Part shown: positions 14,687 through 29,030 of the stretch, piece after piece
How the letters are laid out: each line of letters begins with the position of its first letter
Position numbering within the stretch: position 1 is the first letter of the stretch
DNA from: the human T2T-CHM13v2.0 reference genome, Homo sapiens
Assembly: GCF_009914755.1 (NCBI RefSeq)
Contig: NC_060947.1
Strand: one strand, 5' to 3'
Length of the DNA stretch: 64,000 bases
Translations under genes and position numbers: made by a program
The notes under the pieces: generated by a model
The model's database searches: none
What the model was told of the DNA's origin: nothing
What the model saw: the letters and a program-made list of their open reading frames with translations, nothing else

Positions 14687-16618
14687 TTAGAGTGGGGGAG
14701 GGAACATGCAGCGGCACACGGGGCAGGTGCCTGACTTCTGAAGCCAGATGGACACACACGGCTTGTGGAAATAGTGGTGGCACGGCAGCTCAGTTGCCAC
14801 ATCCCCCTTCACATATTCGCTACAGCAGATGGGGCAGCACATCTCCTGACCAACTGCGCCATGATCTTCAGTGACCAGGATCTCGGGAAGAGCGTCAATG
14901 CTCTCCTTGCTTGCTGGTGGATTGGCCACCTCTACATCCACTGCGAGAGACTCCAAGTGCGCAAGGGCAGTTTCCATTGCCTGGGCCAGGCGTTCTTCAA
15001 GTGCCATGTAGGTGAGGAACTGAGGGTCCACATAGGAAATGGCTTCAGCCACTCCTAACCCATCTGCAAATCCATCAAAGAGGCTCCAATCCACTTCTAG
15101 GTCTTCGCTCACACTGGAGTCATCTTCAAGGTTGTTGTTTCCATCCAGCATGAATACCCCAGGTTGCATCAACTCGTGACCAGAATCATTATCCCCCTCA
15201 CTGCTACTGTCATTCTCATGGTACTGGAGCCAAGGAATTTCTCCTTCTTCCAGGGATGCCTGCTCTTCCTGAAGAGATGGTTCTCGAACTTCTTCAAGGT
15301 AATTGCTGCCATTGCTGCCAGCATTGGCCCCGGCGCCAGCCCCGGCACTGGCACTAGCACCGGGGCCAGGGCTGGTGCCAGTGCTGGCACTCACCTTAGC
15401 CTGTGGAGGTTCCCGCTCTTCTTTCCCCGGCAGAGTCTCCCAGCTTTCGCCACTGGAGGACAGGGTTTGCTCTCGGCTTCGATATTTCCGACGCAGAGCA
15501 GCAATCCACTCTTTGTCACTGTCAGAGTCTTCGTCGCAGTATTTGTAGTAATCATCACTGTGCGTCCAGAAGTCAGGGTCGGCCATGGTGCGTCGTCGTC
15601 TCGGCACCTTTTCTGGTTTCACTTGGTCACTCCTCGCTTCCCGTTTGTCTTCAGGGTACTTTGGCTCGGGATAGCCACTTGAACTCTCGCCTCTCCCTCT
15701 TCTTGCCAGGCCATCCGAGTGGCCCTCATTGTCATTGGCGGTATCCCTCCACCTGGAAGTACTGTGTGGCATATCGTCATCATCATCAGTATCAAAAAAA
15801 ATTTTTGGTTTCACGCAGTTTGGACTTGCCAGGTTTCTGATTTTGGGCCTGACCACAGGTTCCTCTGCACTCTTTGAGGTGTTTTCCCCACCACCACAAA
15901 TACTCACAGGAGCCCTGCTGGGACGTGCAGGTAAATTTTGCTCCCTTCTCTCCCTCTCCGAGCTGTCACCTTTTGTAGCCAGCTTGCCTTCAGAAGACGA
16001 CTGTGAGGCCACACTACTTTGTGGCAGGAAGTCAGCTCTGCTAGCTGAGCATCTTGCTGCAGGGACTGGGTCTAACTTGTCTCGCTCCTCTCTCACATCA
16101 CGGCTAAAACTAGAGAAATGTGGAGGTGGCCCAGCCAAAGACCTTGCCCCTTTCTCTGGGTCATACAGCTTATCATCTTTAAACTTGCCAGTTTTCCCTC
16201 TCACTGGCGGTCGCTCAACAGGCCCAGCCCCCTCCTCCTCACTATCATCTGCCCCATAAGAGTCAATATGTCCATAGGCCATTCCTCTTCTGCTACCCGA
16301 AGCTCTGTACTCTCTTGGCGGATACCTGGAATAGTCCTCATTATCAATATTCAGGTTGGTTCCCGAACTCTCACTGTCGTCCCAACTACGACGAGTAGTG
16401 GAAAATGGCGATCGGCTCCTCTTGGTGGTTTGACTGGGGGCTGATCTGTGCATTGGGACTTCGGAGTTCGTCTTTCTCTGGCTGGCAATCCTTTCCCGCT
16501 GGCTCGTGGGTGGCCTGAAACTGACATAAGCATGCCTTCTTCCATACCTCCTACCTGTATTGGACTGATACCCTCCTGTTGGATTGGGCCATACAGGCTT
16601 GCTAGATTCCTGACCCAT
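14687..16618 (-). CDS. PJA1: E3 ubiquitin-protein ligase Praja-1 (RING-H2), 643 aa, intronless CDS
   Basis: ORF MGQESSKPVWPNPTGG...CPICCSEYVKGDVATELPCHHYFHKPCVSIWLQKSGTCPVCRCMFPPPL with a C3H2C3 RING-H2. The ORF track starts one GTG codon early; the ATG is at 16618-16616 (gtgATGG context) with an in-frame TAA 12 nt upstream. Confidence 0.98.
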   Translation of the reverse strand: MGQESSKPVWPNPTGGYQSNTGRRYGRRHAYVSFRPPTSQRERIASQRKTNSEVPMHRSAPSQTTKRSRSPFSTTRRSWDDSESSGTNLNIDNEDYSRYPPREYRASGSRRGMAYGHIDSYGADDSEEEGAGPVERPPVRGKTGKFKDDKLYDPEKGARSLAGPPPHFSSFSRDVREERDKLDPVPAARCSASRADFLPQSSVASQSSSEGKLATKGDSSERERREQNLPARPSRAPVSICGGGENTSKSAEEPVVRPKIRNLASPNCVKPKIFFDTDDDDDMPHSTSRWRDTANDNEGHSDGLARRGRGESSSGYPEPKYPEDKREARSDQVKPEKVPRRRRTMADPDFWTHSDDYYKYCDEDSDSDKEWIAALRRKYRSREQTLSSSGESWETLPGKEEREPPQAKVSASTGTSPGPGASASAGAGAGANAGSNGSNYLEEVREPSLQEEQASLEEGEIPWLQYHENDSSSEGDNDSGHELMQPGVFMLDGNNNLEDDSSVSEDLEVDWSLFDGFADGLGVAEAISYVDPQFLTYMALEERLAQAMETALAHLESLAVDVEVANPPASKESIDALPEILVTEDHGAVGQEMCCPICCSEYVKGDVATELPCHHYFHKPCVSIWLQKSGTCPVCRCMFPPPL

Positions 16619-16678
16619 CACTCTGACTTAGGAGGGTTTCCAATACAGCTGGGGCTCGGGTAGGAGGGCTCCTGCTCC

Positions 16679-18751
16679 CTGCACACGTTTTTGAGATGGG
16701 AAAGTAAAATCAGTTTAGAATAAAGGAGCAGGGAGATTTATTTTCACTTCAGCAGGCAGGTAACAGAAAGAATAAGGGGCCTTTAAAATTAGTTTCACTT
16801 TCTTCTAAGGCCTGGAGTAGCATTCCAGTGACTGTCAGGTGTAGACCTGGAACACATTTTTAATGTTGGCAAAATGATTACAAGACTGGGTTTGCAGGAA
16901 AGCCAGACTTAGAGGAGAATCTGACGGAAGGTTGGGGGGTGACTGGACGCTTGGAAGGTGGGTGAAGTACTGTGGAATTGTGCAACGTGGGGAAAGGAAA
17001 GACTGCTATAGTTTTTTTTATGGGGTGTCTGCATTTTTCTGAGTGCTGCAGACATACAGGAGAAATGCAAATTGGAATAGAGTGGAAAATACAGATCGCC
17101 GTGTGTGCACGAGTGCCTATGTGTCTGTCTATCAAGAGGAGAGGGACAGGTGGAAGGGGACCAGTAATCCTGCAACAGAGGGATGTTTACGTTTGTAGGG
17201 GGAAAGGGTATGAGTGTTAGAATGAGACCCATTCTGGATGTGGGTATGAAAATGACAGGCATGGGTGGGGTGGCTTTGGAGGAGAGGGGTGCGTGTATGT
17301 ATGAGGAAAGGGAAGGTGTTTGTGTGTGTAGCTGTATGTGAGGCAGCTGAAACTACAGAAGGATGCCCATGTTTATGCGTATGTCACAGGCAGAGGAGTG
17401 TATGGTTGGCAATGGAGAGGAGTGTCTGAGAGTTTGTGTGTGTGTATGTTAGTCAAAATGGGAGGCAACAATGGAGAAATGTCAGTGTGAGCAAATGCAG
17501 CAGGCACAAATGGAAGCGGGGGTGGGGGGTGCGCAGCACTGGAGAGGGATGTGCTTGAGGTGGATGGAACAGAGGCAGGCAATCAAAGAATGATGCCTGC
17601 CTGTGTGGATATGGCAAGCAGGGAGGCAGGTTGTGTCCCCGTAGAAGGATTTATGTGAGTGCGAGTGTGTGCACCTCAGGGACCAGCAAAAGAGAGCTGT
17701 GTCTGACACACGTGGCAGACAGAGCAATAGAGGAGAGCATTTGAGAAGGGGGTATGAATGAGCACATGTGGCTACATATGTATGTCACTGGCCAGCGATA
17801 GAAGGATGTCCTTATGTGTGTATATGACAGGAAGGAAGAAGGAGGGCAGCCGGAGGGGGTGTGTGAATAGGCATGTGTTCGCGAGAGCACGCAGAGGCCG
17901 AGCAGGGAGGGGGCCGGTGCTAGAGGTGTGTATGTGGTAGGCGGATAGAGGAGGGGGAAGGCATGGGAGGGTGTGAGGGTGTGAGGGTGTGTGAGAGGGT
18001 GTGTGCTGCGTGTGCCTGCGCATGCGCGGGGGAGGGGAAGCACTGGAACCTTGAGGATGGAGGGGCAAGGAGGGGGCTGCAATGGAAGGCTTCTGTGCGG
18101 GGGCGCGTGCTCGCGACACACGGGGGGTGGGGGGTAGGGGGGACGCAATGTCATAAAAAGAGGTGGGAAAAGGCCATCAGCTCAAACGGGAGACCCCAAC
18201 CGATGTGGCAGGGGAGAGGGAAAATGAAAGAAAAGGGCGTGCGTGGGTCTAGTTTTCCCTGAGAATAATTATTTTTTCCTTCCAATTTTTTCCCTGGGAA
18301 CAGTATTTTTACCTAAAAATCTTAACCATTTACCATTTGGCAAAACAACAGCAAAATATGGGAAGAAAGGCCACGGAGTGCTCCGCAAAGGGGCCGAGGA
18401 GGGAAGAAGGAAGGAGAGGGGAGGAGAGGCAGGGAGAAGTGGGAGAGGGCCGCGACCACCACTGCCCTCCCAATAGCGATGAAAGCCACTCGAGTGGGGA
18501 CCGCGCCACACCAAAGGGGTTCCGGCAGCGGAAGATGTGGCCCCAGAACAGGCCGATGGAGGACATGGGCCTCACTCTGCAGTCAGGTCCCGCGTCCGCC
18601 CCACCCCTTCCCGAGGGGCGAACCTGAAAAGCAGTTCCCAGGAACCCCCCAAAATCCTCGCCCCCGTGCCCGGCCACTCGCCCCGCGCCCGGCCACTCGC
18701 GCCACCGCCAGCGCCCGGATGAATCGAGGAAACAATCAGCCTTTCACTCAC
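16679..18751 (-). other. PJA1: PJA1 intron 1 (upstream acceptor; alternative AGs at 16522-16521 and 16516-16515)
   Basis: GT at 18751. The minus strand reads ttttactttcccatctcaaaaacgtgtgcAG with the AG at 16680-16679. Confidence 0.65.
18017..18027. promoter_or_regulatory. NRF1-type palindromic site in PJA1 intron 1
   Basis: TGCGCATGCGC, an 11/12 match to the NRF1 consensus TGCGCATGCGCA. Confidence 0.55.
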
Positions 18752-18975
18752 CAAGTCCAGAAAGCCACACGCTTTTCAGAGAAGCAGAGCTCTCGGATCT
18801 CCGACCGCCACGACCGCCAGAGCCGCTGCTCCCGGTCCCGAGCTCCTCCCCCGCCAGACAGCAGCGGGGCGGGCGGCGACTGCGGCGGCGGAAGTGATTG
18901 TGAAGTCAGCTGGAGCCCGCCTCCTTGATGTGGCGGGGGCGGCAGCTGCTCTCCACAAATCAGGGTGGGCCCGAA
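18380..18975. promoter_or_regulatory. PJA1: PJA1 CpG-island promoter
   Basis: High CpG/GC content; GC boxes (GGGGCGGG ~18865, GGCGGGGGCGG ~18932); ETS-like GCGGAAGTG at ~18888-18896; no TATA box. Confidence 0.85.
18752..18900 (-). other. PJA1: PJA1 non-coding exon 1
   Basis: Consensus donor TTG|GTGAGT (GT at 18751-18750) at the edge of a CpG-rich block. TSS position is approximate. Confidence 0.8.
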
Positions 18976-20036
18976 AGCATTATTTCATCTTAAATGATGA
19001 AATCGTCAAGGATACAGAAAAGGACAGCGAAAAATGTCACAAACACCCAGCTTTAACTAATGTTAAACATTTAGCTATATTGCCTTCTGGTTTTTTAATA
19101 AATAAAATAAAATCTGCAAATTCTTTCTGATTAAGTCCAATGTGAGAGTAATTACGTTACTACATCACATCCTATGTTACGTGTTATGGTTGTACCGAAA
19201 GTATTAAAACTGTGAAACCATATTTAGGGTTGCAGTAAGCTTAAATTTTTTTTAACCTGATGGTTAAAGCAAATTGAAGCTGTTTATGTTGAATTTGTTG
19301 CTGCTAATCACAAAACCAAGCTTCTCTGTCCAAGAGATCATAGGACACAACACAGGTTCATATTCTGTTATTGCATTGCAGTTAAAAATATTGTAGTTAC
19401 GCCTTTTGGATTTATACCATTTTACTGAATTCTGAAGTCTTTAAATTGCGCTTTATAATGGAACTCTAGTATTTACAGCCAATGTAAACATTTCCCATGT
19501 TCACAACAGTAGCAAAGTTTTGTTCTTACTGGAAACAAAATGCATAATAGAACAAAAATCTTAGGGGTAACAACATAATAGAAATAAAATGTATAACTTT
19601 CAAACCATTAAAGTAATAATATGTGGAACAAAGAGAAAAACTCATTCTTAACAAAGGTCAAGAAATGTTGCTGGGGGGGGTACAAAAAAAAGGATGCAAA
19701 AAGAAAACAAAAATGCAGGAATCCAAATATATCAGCATGCATTATGGGTTAACATCTCCTAATAAAAACCAAACTCTTATTTTGAGCATTTTGTTTTTAA
19801 AAGCTAAGTTATATTCTATTTATGTGAGTTTCACCTAAAGCAGAAATAGGAATAAAAAATATATGAGAGTAAAATACTAGCAGAAAAAAGGGAGAGAGGG
19901 AATGAGGGAAGGAAAGAAGCAAAAAAAAAAAAAAGGAAGGAAAGGAAGGAGGAAACAAACTCGTAACAATATCAATATCCTAAACATCGAGAACTCAAAG
20001 TAAAAAGAACTAAAGAGAACAAAACAGGTTGCTTTA

Positions 20037-20306
<270 letters not shown>

Positions 20307-20434
20307 TCAATTGCTCTATTGTGTGTTCTATTGAGACACACAAATGGAGAAAGATATGTGAATAGGAGTGTAGCAAGATAATGCAAACAACTTTAATTCT
20401 CCTCAACAAATAAATTGTTTAAATTTATTTAAAC

Positions 20435-20770
<336 letters not shown>

Positions 20771-21070
20771 GCAAGTATATATGTATATATGTACTGGTCT
20801 AATATAAATATATTAAGTGAAAAAAGCATGTTGCAGAACAGTGCATTTTAAAAAAAAACATATGATAGTCACAAAAATTTATGTGCCAAACAATGTAGTT
20901 TCAAAATATATAAAGCAAATACTGTTAGAAATATAAAGAGAGATCAGGAAGTCTGCAATTATAGTGGGAAACTTCACCTCATTTCTTATGGTATAGATAA
21001 ATCAAATAGACTGCAAAATAAATAACGATATGAGGAAATGGGACAGTACAATATACCGAATGTATATGTA

Positions 21071-21366
<296 letters not shown>

Positions 21367-21640
21367 TGTATATGTATTTTTGGACTCAAGAGAGGATACA
21401 TTTTCTTTATAAAAATATTTTTAAATATGTCAACTATACAGAAAAGTAGAGTATAAAATACACATTTTAATGCACCTGTCACATGGATTGAGCAAATTTT
21501 ATTTTCTCCAGATCCTCAGATCCTTCTGTTTTTGAAACAAAATAGTACAGATGAAGCCCTCACTTCATCCTATTCACTTGACCTCTCTCTTGAAAATAAG
21601 CCTTATTTGGAAGTTGATGTGCTGTCGTCTTGTTCATGTT

Positions 21641-21658
21641 TGTGTGTGTGTGTATGTG

Positions 21659-21691
<33 letters not shown>

Positions 21692-21790
21692 ATATATATG
21701 TATGTATATATGTGTATATATGTATATGTGCATATAAGTGTATGTATACATATATATACAGATATATAATATATATTTACATATATATAT
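21641..21790. repeat. (TG)n/(TA)n compound microsatellite
   Basis: About 150 bp of largely alternating purine-pyrimidine sequence. Confidence 0.92.
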
Positions 21791-22364
21791 CTGTGACCAA
21801 TACACAATTTTGTTTCATGTATTTAAATTATACAGATGGTATCATTATAAATATATACTTTTGCAACTTAGATTTTCACTCTGTTGTTTTTTGAAACTCA
21901 GCAATTTTGATACCTGTAGATCTGAGTCATGCATTTTAACTGCTGAATATTACTGTATCAATTATCCAATACATTACTATAACATATTATTGTATAGACT
22001 TCTTTTGCATAAGTTATCCAATTTATCTCTTTTCCTACTGTTTCTGTTTTGTGCAATTATAAGTGAGGATTCAATGAACATCCTAGTGCATGGCTCCTTG
22101 TGTCTACATAGAAGAGTTTCTTCAGGGCAGAGCTTCCCAACTGAGTTATAAGTGTTCTGATATATTGATCCCCTTAGCTCTCCAGGAAGGTAGCTTTGGC
22201 TTCAGCAGCTGCCCCTAGAGACTGTTGCCTCTGGCCAAGAGCACACTGTCTGTTTATTCCAGTGAGCTGATAGCATTTTAAATATATGTTCTGATGTGAA
22301 AAGGATTGAAATAAATTGCTCTAGTATGGAAACATTGAAGTAGAATTTCTTGGTCAAAGAGTAT

Positions 22365-22715
22365 GTAGTAGGTATCTATTGCTGTGTAACAAATTTCCCT
22401 AAAACATAGCAGCTAAAAACAACAAACATTTATCATATCAGTTTCTATGGGTCTGGAATCCAGGCATGGCTTAGTTAGGTGCCTCTGACTCAAACTTTCT
22501 TACGAGGTTGCACCCAAGCTCTCATCTAGGGTTGCAGTCTCATTTGAAGGCTCAAGTAGGGTAAGAGGTCCACTTCCAAGCTCTTTTACATGGTTGTTGA
22601 CAGGCCAAAGAAGACCCATTTCTAAGCTAACTCATGTGGCTGTTGTCAGACTTTGATTCCTTGTCATGTGGACCTATCCGTAGGCTTCCTAAGTCTCCTC
22701 ACAGCATGGTAGCTG

Positions 22716-22753
<38 letters not shown>

Positions 22754-22847
22754 TCCCAAGAGGAAAGATGCAGTCTTTTTATAACTTAATCTCAGAAGTG
22801 AGATCTCATCACTTTTGCCATATCCTATTCATTAAAAACAAGCCATG
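22365..22847 (-). mobile_element. MLT1-family MaLR LTR (resumes at ~25221-25380)
   Basis: tattgctgtgtaacaaat...cctaaaacatagcagctaaaaacaacaaacatttat is typical of an antisense MLT1 end; internal (GA)n. Confidence 0.75.
22715..22753. repeat. (GA)n microsatellite
   Basis: Direct reading. Confidence 0.9.
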
Positions 22848-25220
<2,373 letters not shown>

Positions 25221-25389
25221 TCCTAGAAGTGACATCATAACATGTTTGCCACATTCTATTTATTAAAGGTGAGTTACTAAGCCTAACCCACACTCAATGG
25301 GAGGAGATTACCCAAGAGCATGCATGGGGGCAGGAGGAGGACATCATGAGGCATCATGGGGGCAGGAGGAGGTTGGAGCATTTCAACCT

Positions 25390-26780
25390 GAATAAATATT
25401 CCCAATCTGTTTTCCAAAATGGTTGTAACAATTCACATTTTCACCTGAAGTTTATTCACATCTCTGCTTTTGGTGAGTATTTCACCAGATCCTCAGCACT
25501 CTTGATATAGGCTTTAAAATTGTTGCCAATTAAAATTGTTGCCAATCTGATGAGTATGGAACACTGGCTTTGCTTTTCCCTGAATTACTAGAGAAGTTAA
25601 GCATCCTTTTACAGTTTTTGACCATATAGATCTCTTCTCTGAAATGCTTGTTCATATCTTTTGTCCATGTTTCTACTGGGGTTGTTTTTATGGTTATTGA
25701 TTTCTAGGAGTTCTTTGTATATTCTGAATACCAGATGTCAGCTGTATTTGTACCGTTGCAAATATCTTCTCATAGTCAGAATTTTCTTTAAATGTAAATA
25801 TGAAATTTTAAAAGCACTTAAAATAAACCATGGGAGAATGTTTTTTCATAATCCTAGAATGGAGAAGACCTTTGTAAGTTCAATGAACTATAGAAGAGAA
25901 AAAAAAAGAGAAAGAGAAAAGTTTCAACTACATCAAAAAAAATATTCTGGCCAGCAAAAAATAAACAATTCTAAGTAAAGTAAAAGACAAATGCAGAGCC
26001 AGGCACAGTGGCTCGCCTTGACAACTTGAAGCCAGGAGTTCAAGACCAGCTTAGGCAACATAGCAAGACCCCATTTCAATTAAATATTTGCTGCTAATTG
26101 CATAAAGGACTAATTTCCCAAATACATGAAGAGCTCCTATAAATCAATAAAAGACCAACAAACCAATTTTAACATGAGCAAAGGATACCAATATACATTT
26201 TATTAGAAAGGAAATACAAATGGCATTTCAACATTTGAGAAGACGTTCAAGCTCAGTGATAAAAATAAAATGGGATGTGATTTCACCCATCAGACTGAGC
26301 AATGAGAGACAGTTTGATAAACACTGTTGTTGAAGGTGTGGAGCCACAGGCAGGCACCCTTCAACATTGCCGGTGGTAGGGTGAGGTTACTTGGTAGTTA
26401 GAGCCTCTGTAGTCAGCAAGTTGGCAATAGCTATCAAATTACTAATGCACATACTTTTTGGCCCAGAAATTCTACTTCTAGGAATTTGCTTACAGATATA
26501 CTTGCACATGATTGAAGTGAAATATGTGCTGTTATATTCCTTACATCACAGTATTGTTTTTAATAGCAAAAAACTAGAACGAACCTAAACGTTTATCAAG
26601 AGGGAAATGAATAGTTGTGATGGTGGAAGACCTACTGTAACACAGCTAAGATGCAGAATCTAATGCTAGTTGTATCAGAAGGGATAAATCTAGAAATCAA
26701 TATTGAATGCAAAAAGTGAGTTGTAAGAGGGTATGTATATTACCATAGTATTTATATATGTTTTAAAAGCACATAGAGGG
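25390..26780. mobile_element. Degraded L1ME-like fragments
   Basis: ttccaaaatggttgta..., tcacccatcagact..., cccagaaattctacttctaggaattt. Confidence 0.6.
25997..26082 (+). mobile_element. Internally deleted Alu/FLAM fragment
   Basis: agccaggcacagtggctc...gccaggagttcaagaccagc. Confidence 0.65.
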
Positions 26781-26847
26781 CATTGTAGGTTCAAGATTGT
26801 TCTATCTTCTCAGAGAATTATTTGATCACTAATAAATGACGTAATGA

Positions 26848-27292
<445 letters not shown>

Positions 27293-27390
27293 TAATATCT
27301 TTATAATTACACACAAATATTTATGTAATTTTAGACACAGTCATAAAAGAAATCCTATGTGCATGCTTTACTAAAACTATAGTCTTTTCT

Positions 27391-28610
27391 GAGCTTGGGT
27401 GGCCGGAGGAGTGGTAGCAGCCAGCCAGCCCAGCTTCGCGAAGGCTCTCCGCGCGCCGCGGCCCACAGGCACCCGGCACGCGCCCTCCCCGCCGCCAGGA
27501 TTCCCAAGAGGAAGGTCTGCTCCGCTGAAGGGGCCGCCAAGGAAGAGCCCAAGAGGAGATCTGCGCGATTGTCAGCTAAACCTCCTGCAAAAGTGGAAGC
27601 AAAGCCGAAAAAGGCTTTGCAAAGGACAAATCTTCAGACAAAAAAGTGCAAACAAAACGGAAAAGGGGAGCAAAGGGAAGACAGGCCAAAGTGGCTAACC
27701 AACAAACTAAAGAAGATTTACCTGCAGAAAACAGGGAAAGGAAAACTGAGGAGAGTCCAGCCTCTGATGAAGCAGGAGCCAAGACTGATTAGCACCATAT
27801 ACAATGTCTTATCAGTGGTCCCTGTCTCCCTTCTTGTACAATCCAGAGGAATATTTTTATCAACTATTTTGTAAATGCAAGTTTTTTAGTAGCTCTAGAA
27901 ACATTTTTAAGAAGGAGGGAATCACACCTTATCCCATTTTTAAGTGTAAATGCTTTTTTTTTAAGAGTTGAAATCGTTTGTTGGTTGTTTATTTTTTGGT
28001 ACAACCAGAAAATAGTGTGGGATATTGAATTATGGGAGTCTTTGACCGTCTCAGGTGCCAGCTTAACATTCCATAGATGGTGGGTTAGTTTTTATATCCT
28101 ATAATACAAAGCATATTAAATGGCAATATGGAGTCAGTCCTGCATTTAATGTCTTGAACATTTTAAATTACTTCTAGTCCCATGTATTTTTGTTTTTTTT
28201 TTTTAGTAGAATTGTTTCCTAAAGAAAACCACTCCTTGATCATGGCTCTCCCTGTCAGAATTGTGTGCACTCTATAACATCTTTGGTTCCGGTAGTCCTG
28301 TTTTCCTGATAACTTTGTTACTGTGCTGTGAAAGATTTAAAATTTGAATATGTGGTGTACATGCTATTCAGTTGTGAATTGGTGGGACGTATATAACAGC
28401 TTATCAACATGTGAAGGTACTGGTACTTGATAGCCTCTTAAGGAAAATTTGCTTCCAAATTTTAAGCAGGAAAGTCAGTGGAATAACTTTAAAAAAGAAT
28501 TACAATACATGGCTTTTTAGATTTTTGTTACATATGTTAAGAATTGTGTACAAATCAAAATGTCTGTACTGATCCTCAACCAATAAACTCTCAATTATGA
28601 AAGAAAAAAA
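27391..28610 (+). pseudogene. HMGN1P35: Processed HMGN1 pseudogene (probably HMGN1P35)
   Basis: Reads (I)PKRKVCSAEGAAKEEPKRRSARLSAKPPAKVEAKPKK with the nucleosome-binding RRSARLSA core. ATG->ATT at 27500-27502; frameshift near 27615; intronless with 5' and 3' UTR; AATAAA 28582-28587; A-tail remnant; degenerate 18-bp TSD (27373-27390 / 28607-28624). The P-number is from recall. Confidence 0.92.
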
Positions 28611-29030
28611 TTATAGCCCTTTCTATTTTTACTTGCCTCCCACCTTGGCCTATATCAGTACCCCCTCCACAACCTATGTCAATAAACTAGTATTTATTAT
28701 TCCATATTTTTCTTCATACCTGTGTAATCACATACAGACATATGCGTACACATATATGTATACTTCTGTGTGTATATACATACACACATATGCAATACAT
28801 GCACAAGTTTTTATTTGTCCTTTTTTATTAAAATGAGATTATATACATACTTTTCCAGTTCATGTTCTTCTCACTCAATAACACTCCCTGGAAATCAATC
28901 AGTATGGCTCTAATTACTAATCTTCAATGGTTTCCTAGTGTTTCAGAGTGTGGATGTGTCACAATCTACTCAGCTATTACTATGATTTTTAGGGTTTAAA
29001 AAAGCTGTAAGTAATTATGCAATACACATC

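Noticed and set aside
16619-16621. ORF-track start giving a 644-aa MM... protein
   Set aside because: The first codon is GTG, immediately before an ATG in good context; 643 aa is the sensible call.
14765-16663. Several plus-strand and alternative-frame ORFs (up to 176 aa) overlapping PJA1
   Set aside because: Shadow ORFs of a GC-rich coding region; mostly non-ATG starts and no recognisable domains.
21532-22151. Tyr/Ile/Val/Cys-rich ORFs
   Set aside because: Translations of the (TG/TA)n microsatellite and adjacent L1 remnant.
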